In this document: in pieces, positions 52,076 through 64,000 of the stretch | How positions within the stretch are numbered: position 1 is the stretch's first letter | Layout: each line of letters begins with the position of its first letter | Source of the DNA: Octopus sinensis | Taxonomy: Eukaryota | NCBI RefSeq assembly: GCF_006345805.1 | Contig: NC_043000.1 | Span: 18,724,001 to 18,788,000, forward strand | DNA length: 64,000 bases | Direction of reading: 5' to 3' | The notes under the pieces: generated by a model | Database searches by the model: none | What the model was told of the DNA's origin: nothing | What the model saw: the letters and a program-made list of their open reading frames with translations, nothing else | Program-made: the position numbers and the translations under genes

Positions 52076-52465
52076 GGAGGCGCAATGGCCCAGTGGTTAG
52101 GGCAGCGGACTCGCGGTCATAGGATCGCGGTTTCGATTCCCATACCGGGCGTTGTGAGTGTTTATTGAGCGAAAACACCTAAAGCTCCACGAGGCTCCGG
52201 CAGGGATGGTGGTGATCCCTGCTGTACTCTTTCACCACAACTTTCTCTCACTCTTACTTCCTGTTTCTGTTGTATCTGTATTTCAAGGGGCCGGCCTTGT
52301 CACTCTCTGTGTCACGCTGAATATCCCCGAGAACTACGTTAAGGGTACACGTGTCTGTGGAGTGCTCAGCCACTTACACGTTAATTTCACGAGCAGGCTG
52401 TTCCGTTGATTCGGATCAACCGGAACCCTCATCGTCGTAACCGACGGAGTGCTTCCATCCATCCG
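52076..52465 (+). mobile_element. SINE B
   Basis: TSD GTACTAAATG. Confidence 0.92.
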
Positions 52466-52798
52466 GTACTAAATGCATTATCTGTTTGTGATATTCGCAA
52501 CTAGAACACTTTTGATCATTGGTATGTCCGGTTAAGGAAGACTAGGGTTGAAAAAGTTTCAGTCATTAGACTGCGGCCAAGCTGGGGGCGGGTGGATCGT
52601 CTTGAAAATTTTTTTAGTTGAGAGAATCAACCCCAGTACGTTCTTTTTACATCCTAGTACTTATTCTATCAATATCTTTTGTCGAACCGCTTGGTTACGG
52701 GAACGTAAATACACCAGCACCTGTTGTAAATCGGTGGTGGTGGACAAACAGAGACACAAACATACACACACACACACACACATGCACGCACGCACACA

Positions 52799-52845
<47 letters not shown>

Positions 52846-53258
52846 CGGGCTTCTTTCACTTTCCGTCTACCACATCTACTCACAAGGCTTCAGTTGACTC
52901 GAAGCTATTGTAGAAGGCACTTGCCCAAGCTGTCACACAGTGGGACCGAACTTAGAACCATGTGGTTGGGAAGCAAGCCTTTTACCACACATCCATGCCT
53001 GCGCCTATCATTATTTTGTTCTAATAACTGCAAACTTGCAGAATCATTAGAGCAGCAGAAAAGAGAAAAAGTACATTGAGGCATTTCTCCCGACTTCTTT
53101 TGCTTTAAGTTCAAATCCTTACGCGGCCAACTTTATCATTCAGCCCTTCGGGTTCGGTAAGCTAAAGTACTAGCCCATACTGGGGTTGATATTATCGAAT
53201 AACTTCCATCTCTCAAATTTGTTGGCATTGTGTGTTAAATTACAAGCTTTATTTCTAA

Positions 53259-53655
53259 TCTTTATATATAAAAGAGAGGTTGTGTGTCTGTCTCCTACGA
53301 TTTAGATTCCTAACTACTCCCAAATTTTGCGGTGCAGTTTAACCAAAACAGGGTATCTTATAGTCGTGATTCATATCGAGCCCTTCTGGGTATTAGCGCG
53401 CGTCTACGATGAGTCTACGATTTAAAAAAAAATTTACCATAATTTTTTTTCCATTTTTATGCATTTTTGTCGCTATTATATAAGGGAAGTAACTCTCTAA
53501 AAATGTCTACGATGAGTCAACGATTTAAAAAAATTTACCATCATTTTTTTTTCCATTTTTAATGCATTTTTTGCTATTTTTTGGCTATAACTCTCTAAAA
53601 ATGCTTATATAGTTATTTCCCTTACAATCCGAGCAACGCCGGGCGATACTGCTAG
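53259..53655 (+). mobile_element. Non-autonomous Helitron
   Basis: A|TC 5' end, subterminal hairpin (CCGAGCAACGCCGGG), CTAG|T 3' end, no TSD. Confidence 0.8.
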
Positions 53656-54939
53656 TTATTAACAAAGTAAAATTAGCAGACGAGCTGTGATTTTACAACT
53701 GGTTACGTTGTCCAACAATTATCTTTATATTTTCACGAAGTACTTATAAAATGGTGAAACAACAAATGATCTAATGTTTTCTGAAAACTGTTCCAGTTGT
53801 GATATAAATGTACAAAACGAAGTGTTATAAAAGAAACAATATTTTATAACTCGTTCACACATTTTGAAAGATTTATAGGATATTTACAGACTACAATAAA
53901 ACAAACATTCATAGAGCAAAAGGACGTTGTTTCACCTCATACTTTGTAAAGAATTTTTATATCGCATCAGGTGTTATAGAAGTAAGTCTCTGCTCAGCAG
54001 AATACGATTCAGTTTCAACATTACTCCGGTAATGATCATGAGAGAATGGAAGTTACGCTACTCTATTTCTATATATAATGGTTGCAAATTTTGGCACAAG
54101 GCCAGCAATTTCAGGGGTGGGAGACAAGTCGATAACATCTATTCCAGCGCTTGGCTTGTACTTATTTTACTGACCTTGAAGGGCAAAGTCGACGTCGACA
54201 GAATTTGAGACTGTCAGAGTGTAGTTGGTAACTAATAAGTTAACTTCACGGAACAGAGGCCACTGTAATAGCAATATAAAAGGCAGCAAGGGAAGCGTGT
54301 TGATGAATAACTTCGTGCGACCCAGTGAAATGTGCTCCCTTTTGATGTATGTTAGTGTTATAACGAAAAAGAAACCGATTACTAAATAATTGTAATGAAG
54401 TGAATTTTGAAAATGTATTACAATCTAATTCTTCTTTCTGCATTATTTTTAAAAGTGATATCTTTAACCAAATACTAAGTGATATATTCAATTTAAAACA
54501 CAAAATTAAGTTTGAAATGCCTAATTTCTCTTTTATAATAATTTACAAATATATATTGAAGTAGCCCAAGGCCGTTCATTTCAGAAAAGCGGAATGAAAT
54601 TGTGTAGCGTTTATAACAGTGTGTTTGGAACTTGGCTGCCTGGAAGCTTCATCATTTTTGTATATGCAACATATTTCGGTATCTTGAAATATGTGAAATA
54701 TCGATTTATTTTAACTTGGTACCATGTAAATTGTTTAAGCTGGGAGAAGCAAAATAGAATGAATTGACTTCGATACATTAGCAGCATTTATTTTATGAGC
54801 CAGAGGGTTAAAATATGACATCAGCGAAATGAGAGTTCAACCTAGAAAATAGAAGTACGCAGTTAAATTTTATAAGGCACTTAATTCCTATACTTTGTCG
54901 TTTCTTGCACTCAGCTTCTTGAAATATATTATATATCGA

Positions 54940-55332
54940 CTAGCAGTATCGCCCGGCGTTGCTCGGGTTTGTAAGGGAAATAACTATAAAGCATTTTTAG
55001 AGAGTTATAGCCAAAAAAATAGCAAAAAATGCATTAAAAATGAAAAAAAAATTATGGTAAATTTTTTAAAAATCGTTGACTCATCGTAGACATTTTTAGC
55101 GAGTTACTTCCCTTATATTTAAAAAATATGCATTAAAGTGGAAAAAAATGATGGTAAATTATTTTTAGAATCGTAGACTCATCGTAGACGTGCGCTAATA
55201 CCCAGAAGGGCTCGATATGAATCACGACTATAAGATACCCGGTTTTGGTTAAACTACACCGCAAAATGTGGGAGTAGTTAGGAATCTAAATCGGAGTAGA
55301 CAGACACACAACCTTTCTTTTATATATAAAGA
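54940..55332 (-). mobile_element. Non-autonomous Helitron, same family
   Basis: Reverse-complement copy with the same termini. Confidence 0.8.
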
Positions 55333-55696
55333 TATCGATTTTCCGTATTAAGACGGAAGACCGAAAATATGTGCTAAGTAATGTTCCCCTTCTCTTTTTC
55401 TCAACATAGAACGACTAAGGTAGAACCGCTGTGTTAATGATACCAATTGAAGCATCATCGGAACTTGTCCACAAATGTCGTCTTGTTGCCAGGTAATCAG
55501 TCTCCTTAAAAGCATGTCAGTTTTTGAGTAGCCTAAATGCTCGAGATTATCTCCCTTTCTCATCTGGAGATGATCCCAATAGCTACCAAACGATTGTTCT
55601 ACCATTTCTGGATGGTATTTAACAAATCATTATTCTTCTTTGTTGCCACTGGCCAATCTGAATTAATTCCCTTAACTCATATTCGTGTTTTACACA

Positions 55697-55754
<58 letters not shown>

Positions 55755-55765
55755 CTCTCTCTCTT

Positions 55766-56145
55766 AGCACTCCGTCGGTTACGACGACGAGGGTTCCGGT
55801 TGATCCGAATCAACGGAACAGCCTGCTCGTGAAATTAACGTGTAAGTGGCTGAGCACTCCACAGACACGCGTACCCTTAACGTAGTTCTCGGGGATATTC
55901 AGCGTGACACAGAGAGTGACAAGGCCAGCCCTTTGAAATACAGGTACAACAGAAACAGGAAGTAAGAGTGAGAGAAAGTTGTGATGAAAGAGTACAGCAG
56001 GGATCACCACCATCCCCTGCCGGAGCATCGTGGAGCTTTTAGGTGTTTTCGCTCAATAAACACTCACAACGCCCGGTCTGGGAATCGAAACCGCGATCCT
56101 ATGACCGCGAGTCCGCTGCCCTAACCACTGGGCCATTGCGCCTCC
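55766..56145 (-). mobile_element. SINE B inside a (CA)n microsatellite
   Basis: Homologous to the other B copies; (CA)n on both sides. Confidence 0.9.
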
Positions 56146-59100
56146 ACACACACACACACACACACACACACTTCAACAAAGCAAAGAAAAATGTTTGCTC
56201 TATTTTCGTAGAGTTATCAAACAAAGTAAAAGAGAATATTATAATGTGAACAGAATCGTTCCTTTACACGCTGAAGTAAGCTTTTCTTTGTTTCCATACA
56301 TGTGGAGTCGATAAACTGAGCCAATTGATTGTTATTGTTATCAAAAATCGTAACCTTGTGCTAACTGAAATCATTATCACATTTGTTATCAGTCAGAATT
56401 TCATATCGGCCACCTCACAGAATAGTAAGCACGCCGACAAATGCTTTACAGTATTTCTTCCGGCAGTTTACATTCGGAGTTCAAATGCCGTTGTGGTCCA
56501 GTACCCCCCCCCCTTTCGGGATCGGTAAAATAAGAAACATTGAAGTACTGGGGTCGATGTAACCGAATTCCCCTTCCATCAAAAACTGCTGGCTCTGTTT
56601 CTAAATTTGAAACCATTATGAAGGCGGAGAGCTGGCAGAATCGTTAGCACGGTCAAAATGCCACGCTGTATTTCTTTCGGCTTTATGTTCTAAGTTCAAA
56701 TTTCGTTGAGGTCGACTTGGCCTTTTACCCTTTGAGGGAGATAAAATAAGCACCAGTTGAACAGTGGGGTCGCTGTAATCGACTCGCCTTCTCCCTCAAC
56801 ATTTCAGCCCTTGTGCCTATAATAGAAAGGATTATTATAACTACTCTTAGTCTGAATCCTAATGGATAGACGTAATTATTTCACTTCAAAGTGAAATAAA
56901 AAGAATTGATGCAGAAGCTATAAAGAAACGCTTTAAATAACGCTGACAGTTAACTTATGATAAATTGTAAGTGCTGAATTTAAACACTGTAGTTGGTTAT
57001 CTAATTGTCTGCTATGTAAAAGGACATTAATATTTAAAGCTAATTTTTAAGAAACTTCAAACAATTTTATCTACGTAGAACTTTACTCAAAAATATGTCG
57101 AGCCATCAAATTAAAAACTGTCTTCAATAGAAATCAAATAACAAGGCGGAAATTGTTCAGTTTTTATACCAACAGATTGAGATGAAATTTCACCTCTGAA
57201 AATAACATTCGTTGTTTTCGTTTTATTCAGATTAAACTGGTTTATTTTTCCTGTCAGGTCTACAAAAATTCCTTTCCAAAATTAAATGGAGTAAATTTTG
57301 TATGGAGCTAGATTATCTTTATCATCGTTTTCAACTGAAGTAAAACAATCCACCTGTTTTGATTTGATATCTTCGTTTTAAGTCTTAGTAAAATATACAA
57401 AAACCGGCATGTTTATTGGAATTTCATATTTTGATCTCATGGCAAATTCAGGAAAGATTAAACATAAAAGACCTGCGTTCTTAAACTAATAGTAATTTAT
57501 TTCTGCTTTATTGTTCATATGTATATTTTTACAAAAATATTTTACTTTCAGTGAAATACAATACATGAAATAAACAATAACACAGAAGTTATCCCAATTC
57601 AAGACAATTCAGTTGAATAGAGATTTGTAACTAATAAGGGTTAACTACTAAGTTGAGAACTTAAGCGTAATACAAGCACCAGATTTTGTTTTACTACCGA
57701 AAATCTAAAGATATATTTGTTGTTTATACCTAATGAGTTTTTTCGCATAATCATCGAGAGCATAAGAAATTTCATCTTGGAATCCAACAAAACAATGGAC
57801 TCAATTCAACAGGAATTTGCTGCATGGATTGTTTAAGATTAAACTAGACTGATGTATGAAATTTATTAAGTTTGGTTTTTTACTTAGCAAACAGATCTTT
57901 AAACATTAGTTGGATTGTATTGATATTAGATTGATTGAAAATTTTGGATGTTTTTTCACCTCTGAAATTAACGTTTGTAAGTTATGATGGTAATATTAAC
58001 ATAAGAGATTAAGATAGAAATTCACACGAAGAGATTATTCTCAAATCATCCGAAACAGGATTAAAACTTTTGATTCCTCCACGATAAATCATAATTAATT
58101 AAAGACATAGAGAAACAGACGAATCCTACTCTGTTTGATAATTAAAGGAGACACGTAAGAGGCCAATTACTAGAGATATGTGAAATTATATAGACTAAAT
58201 CAACGAATTAGTAATTATCGTTCACTATTATAAAATTTTCATATATTTATACGACGTATTTTTGGATGTGTATCATCTCATATACAGAATTGTTGTAAAC
58301 ATAACAGTTTTAATAAGTTCCGATATTTTACCGATATTCATTATGTCAAATAAGAAGGTGCCAAAGGAAAAATTAACCCAAGTGATTTCTGAATTAAGAA
58401 ACATTAAGTCCTAAAATAGAGGTCTGAAAGCATCAATAATATGAAGTAGTCGCAATGTCCATAATAATTAGTTATCGAACTCTAATTTGAAGTGTCGTTG
58501 ATTTGTATTCTGTTAATGAAACTGTGATGCGTCATTGGCAAGACACTTAAAATTTAATATCCACACCTATCTGACAGCAGAAAAGAAAGTGCATTATTGG
58601 TTGAAGCAATCGAAGAACAATTAAAATTTGAGGTATTTACATTGCCAAGATCAAATCATCTAACAACGTCAACAACTAAAAATAGTTTTTAATTTAGGTG
58701 CGAAGGAAGAATTGTTGAGAAGAGGGTTAAGTCGATACCATTGATCGTACTATTTGACAGGTACTTTATTTTATCGACCCTGAAAGGATGAAAGACAAAG
58801 TTAGTCCTGACAGGATTTGAACTCAGAACAAAGAATCGGAAGAAATACTGTAAAGCATTTTCTCCGACGCTCTAATGATTCTGCCAGCTCGCCGGTTTTA
58901 ACAATTAAAAATCATATTACGAATTACATGTAAGGCTTATAAAAATTTTACATTTAATGACGAATAATAAACTGATGACCCAAGCTTATTTAACAAGTCA
59001 TAGCTACAAATGAAATGTTTTGTATAGGTTATGTAATTGCTCAATATATATTTAGTTTAAATGTTTTGCATCCACGCTGACAGCAGGATAAGTAGAGACG

Positions 59101-59339
59101 TGTATACCTTGTATGAAGTGTTTTAATTACTAGTGTTCCTTTGCAGATTTGTAGTGGAACAACAGTGATAGAAGCAGTTGCGATTTTGGTGTTAAATGCT
59201 ATTAGGTTTTCTGATACTTATAGTTGATAGCATGAGATCGTTGCTAATAGAGATGGGAGTAAGTGGAGGGAGTTGTGCATAAGAAAACTGATAGAGAGAG
59301 AGAGAGAGAGAGAGTGAGAGAGAGCAGTGGAGAATGAAT

Positions 59340-60800
59340 GCTGCATTGCTGTCCAAAAATACCTTCTCTACGTACGATATTGTCATTGTATATTTATTTC
59401 ACTACTGCCCACAAGGGGCTAAACACAGAGAGGACAAACGGATTATGTCGATTACATCGACCCCAGGGCGTAACTGGTACTTAATTTATCGACCCCCAAA
59501 GGATGAAAGGCAAAGTCGACCTCGGCGGAATTTGATCTCAGAACGTAACGGCAGACGAAATACGGCTACGCATTTCGCCCGGCGTGCTAACCTTTCTGCC
59601 AGCTCGCCGCCTTTCATTGTATATTGTATATTGTCATTGTATATTGGCTGGTCTTGTTATTCAACAAAAGAGTTCTTCATGATCGTTCGACCTGCTCGAA
59701 ATGGCACCGAAATGTACTTCAGATCACATCCTGCTGTCTTCAATAGAGAATAGATAGGAAAATGTAATTCCTGCCAAGATATACAAAGACTGAACGGTCG
59801 CGCTTTGAACAGTGTCCATTACTTTCTAATTTTAATGTTAAGGTTCAAATATTTCACTTATGAAAGAAACTAATCTGTATGGAATTCTACTCGTCAACTG
59901 AAACAGTTTGCTCGTGGGTTTGATTCCATCGTCATCATACTTATTTAATAATAATATAATAATTGCGCCCTTTAAAGCCTAGCCAGGTTCATGGGCCCGG
60001 TTTCTCGGTTTCAATGGCGTATGTGTTCCCCAGCTGGACGGGACGACAGTCCATCGCAGCGTTACTCATTTTTAGGATAGGTTTTAGGTGCAACAGTCAG
60101 TGTCATAGAGGTGTTGGTTTGTTTATTTTGGAATAAGATAGAGATATTTCGATAAAAGTAGAAGTAAATAAGTATGATGGTGGAGGCGCGTGGCTTAGTG
60201 GTTAGGGTGCCAGCATCATGATCGTAAGATTGTGGTTTCGATTCCTGGACCGGGCAACGCGTTGTGTTCTTGAGCAAAACACTTCATTTCACGTTACACC
60301 AGTCCACTCAGCTGGCAAAAATGAGTAATCCTGCGACGGACTGGCGTCCCGTCCAGCTGGGGAACACATACACCACAGAACCCGAGAAACCGGGCCCATG
60401 AACCTGGCTAGGCTTTAAAAGGGCGCATTTATTATATTATTATTAAATAAGTATGATGAGGATGGAATCGAACCCACGAGCAAACTGTTTCAGTTGACGA
60501 GTAGAATTCCATACAGATTAGTTTCTTCTTAAAGTGAAATATTTGAACCTTAACTTTAAAATTAGAAAGTAATGGACACTGTTCAAAGCGCGACCGTTCA
60601 GTCTTTGTATATCTTGGCAGGAATTACATTTTCCTATCTATTCTCTATTGAAGACAGCAGGATGTGATCTGAAGTACATTTCGGTGCCATTTCGAGCAGG
60701 TCGAACGATCATGAAGAACTCTTTTGTTGAATAACAAGACCAGCCAATATACAATGACACCATCGTACGTAGAGAAGATATTTTGGGACAGCGATGCAGC
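59340..60800. repeat. Large inverted duplication (arms 59340-60073 and 60317-60800)
   Basis: The arms are reverse complements once the SINE A insertion at 59395-59613 is removed. Confidence 0.92.
60180..60443 (+). mobile_element. tRNA-derived SINE 'D'
   Basis: tRNA-like head, central CCTGCGACGGACTGGCGTCCCGTCCAG motif, 15-bp TSD TAAATAAGTATGATG. Confidence 0.85.
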
Positions 60801-60819
60801 AGGCTGAGTAGATCAGATC

Positions 60820-61035
60820 AAACCAGCTCCAACCAGACCAGACCAGACCGGGAAAACACAGACCAAACCAGACTAGATCAGATCAAACCAAACTAGACCA
60901 GACCAAAGCCAAACCAGACCAGACCAGAACCGAGCAAACCAGACTATAATAAATCAGACCAGATAAGCCCAGACTATACCAGACCAGACCAGACCACACC
61001 AAACTAGATGGTATTAGACCTGACTAGACCAGACC
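60820..61035. repeat. Degenerate (CCAGA)n pentanucleotide array
   Basis: Seen directly. Confidence 0.9.
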
Positions 61036-61922
61036 ATGATGATACTCTCTTGGCCAGAAAACAACTCTCGTTCTCTGATTCTTTTTCTTTCTTTCCTTCA
61101 GAGAAGTGGTTGGTATAAGGGCTGGTGTGATGTACGTGTTAATTCAGTAATTCAGATAAAAGGTTGATATAAGAGGCGGAGTTAGGTATGAGTTACTTCT
61201 AGTTCATTGCTTCGGAGAGGTGTTTAGTGTAACTGATGATGTGAGGTATGCGTTACTTCAGAGAGGTCTGATAGATAAAGTAAACTAAAGGCTAGCAGTG
61301 TTTTGCTTATATATATGGATATATTTACACTAGCTTCATTATAAAAATGAATTAGGTCAATGTACCTTTTAAAACTGTTTTTATATGAATAAACTTCTCG
61401 TTAATGTTATTATCGCTGTGAAAAAAATACTTGATAACCGACAACCCTTTTGAGTTTTTTCTTGGTTTTTATCACGAATATTTTGACAAAAACCTCCAGC
61501 CTGCCAGATCAAATATTAATGTGATACTATGAAATATTAAATTCAATATTTTTTGGTATAATCATATTTTTTGAATTTAATGATGGCAGCGATATTATCT
61601 GTTACTCCTGTGACGTACTATAGTGGAAGTATTTAATAAAATGTTTAAAAATAGTTTTCCTTTTCTCGTTTGATATTTGTTTTCTATATATATATGTACT
61701 TTTTAAAATAAATATTTGGTTTTTGCATTGGAATAAATGTAAACAAGCATATTAAATAATTAATTTAATACATCTCCTTTATCATGCAAAGGGAAACAAA
61801 ACAAATCAATATATTTACAAAGGGGTGAACTTCTTTATTCGACCTTGTCTTTATTGAATAAAAGAGAGCACCATTATCATTGTGATCGTCATTGTCGTCG
61901 TCATCCTCGTCATCATCACCGC

Positions 61923-61962
<40 letters not shown>

Positions 61963-62510
61963 GAGTGAGAGAGCAGTTCATGCCATCAAAGTGACACTGG
62001 GTTAAAATATACGAAGCCCAGTATACCCATCATGACTACCTGATAAGGGTACACTAGGCACATGCATCATAACCATATGTGCGCGACATGGTGATCTCAT
62101 ATGAATATAAACAGCACATGACCTTGCAGATGGGGCCCAGTTAGAATTTTCTTCAGGTTGAGTAGCCCATGCCGCTCAAAAGTCCCTGAATAAGGGTTGT
62201 TTAAAGATGTTGAACGAAACACCCATGTTTCCAGAGGTGAATTATTCAAACCCCAAAGAATCCCTCTCAACACACGGCTATGATGTTCCCCCACTACTTC
62301 TGTTCATCATCAGAGATGCACATATCGTCAGCCACTAAGGGACAGGCTCAACTGGTTAAGGTCAAACAACTGACAAGCAAATCTGTGGTATTGAGCAGAA
62401 TATTTGCTGTAGCCCATCTTTTATACCAAGACATAACAACGTACATGATAATACTTCCAATCAGTTAAGATCAGAAGCCATGAGAGTCACTGCCTGGTAC
62501 TGCATCAGGG

Positions 62511-62511
<1 letters not shown>
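61963..62511. mobile_element. Unclassified ~550-bp interspersed repeat 'E' inside (ATT)n
   Basis: Highly similar to 4719-5244; (ATT)n on both sides; no convincing ORF. Confidence 0.75.
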
Positions 62512-62559
<48 letters not shown>

Positions 62560-64000
62560 TAGTATATTTTTTATATCGTGCTTTCACTTCACTACCGAGC
62601 ATAGCTCTGTGTGCCTTGGGTATGTGCTGTGATTTGTTGTGATGCTCTGATGGTTATTGTATGGAAAGTGTTCTGCGTAGGATGTGTGCAGTGCCTAGTA
62701 GTGCAATTTTCTTCTTATTATTACTATTATCGTAGTTGCAGTAAAAGTAATAGTAATAGTAAAAGTAATAATAGTTGCATAGAAGTGGTAGTTGTAGCTG
62801 TAATAATAGTCGTAGTAGAAGTAGCAGTCATCATTGCAGCAGTAGCAGTGATAAAAAAAAACTACCACAAATTGTGCCAAAGGTAAGCGTTATGCTATAA
62901 ATAGAGACGTTACTTGATACTGTTTTTTTTTTTGCAGAGGCTCGACTAAAATCAGTATGAAATCATTCAACTTCATCATTTTATTAAAGAATTTTATATT
63001 TCTATTCTTTTCAATTTCCAGGACAACAACTGTGTCAAGTAGATTAGGTTGATCACTCATAAAATGACACTTCAAATTCTTATCGCTTGTGGCTGTGTGG
63101 TAAGTAGCTTGCTAACCAACCACATGGTTCCGGGTTCAGTCCCACTGCATGGCATCTTGGGCAAGTGTCTTCTGCTATAGCCCCGGGCCGACCAATGCCT
63201 TGTGAGTGGATTTGGTAGACGGAAACTGAAAGAAGCCTGTCGTATATATTTATATATATATGTATGTGTGTGTGTGTTTGTGTTTGTCCCCCTAGCATTG
63301 CTTGACAACCAATGCTGGTGTGTATACGTCACCGTCACTTAGCGGTTCGGCAAAAAGAGACTGATAAAATAAGTACTGGGCTTACAAAGAATAAGTCCCG
63401 GGGTCGATTTGCTCGACTAAAGGCGGTGCTCCAGCATGGCCGCTGTCAAATGACTGAAACAAGTAAAAGAGTATACTAAAAATATATTGACAATTACGTT
63501 AATAACATACACTTTGCAAATTGTTGTTTACCAACTATTTCTGATTCGCTGCTGCTATTGCTAATGATATTGTTTATACCAGGGATGTCAATGTTTAGTC
63601 CGTGGCAATGTTTAATCCGGCTCCTGGCTCAAATTTATATGAAAAAGTTTATAATTTTTAAGTCTTAAAATATTCTTAAAAATGTACATCACTAGCATGC
63701 GTTCAGTGTCGGGACCTTACCAGATTTGTCCTTAACACCGGTTCTGGTGAGTCAACTTAGTGAATCTTACGGAATTTTTAAAAGATCTCAGTCATTGAAA
63801 TGAAGTCTATAAGTCCATGTACTTAAACATGTGACCTACTCCCCTTTACTTTTTCTATACATGCTGCATTAAACGGAAGTTTTTTCATTTTTATAAGTTT
63901 ACACACGATTTCGACCGAATTGATTCTAGTGGTATGAATGATATTGAACGGTTTTGTATATGAGATATTGCAAGTAGTCGTCTTTCAAGAACTGTATTGG

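Larger units (their letters stand above)
51527..54436. repeat. 349-bp direct repeat pair (51527-51875 and 54088-54436)
   Basis: Constant offset of 2561; no difference seen by eye. Confidence 0.9.

Noticed and set aside
60820-61035. Regularly spaced short repeats considered as a CRISPR-like array
   Set aside because: A degenerate pentanucleotide satellite with no unique spacers, in a eukaryotic context.
63715-63760. Possible minus-strand donor CTG|GTAAGG for the missing 5' exon
   Set aside because: A single consensus-like motif with no supporting exon or promoter evidence.

Overview
Repeat-dense, AT-rich animal genomic DNA. The SINE families and microsatellite load suggest a cephalopod, probably Octopus; this is inference from recalled repeat families, not a database result. 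One host gene is visible: an SLC45-family (MFS sugar/H+ symporter-like) gene on the minus strand. It has a 1,487-nt exon (45033-43547, ATG at 45017), a ~31.7-kb phase-1 intron and a 176-nt exon (11870-11695). The terminal exon(s) and a 5' exon were not found and probably lie outside the window, so nearly all of the window is likely intronic. These introns contain R4/Dong-like REL-endonuclease LINE fragments in (TAA)n tracts; Tx1/L1, CR1 and RTE remnants; a mariner fossil; three non-autonomous Helitrons; four tRNA-derived SINE families; and several local inverted or direct duplications. The most notable observation is about ten hammerhead-ribozyme-like motifs, found by eye. One at 6285-6205 is a complete type I hammerhead with an intact core and a GUC cleavage site, in the same sense as the SLC45 transcript. 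The others are near-intact, decayed or minimal Penelope-type motifs, suggesting a Penelope/retrozyme-like ribozyme-bearing repeat system. All RNA folds were done by hand and none is tested.
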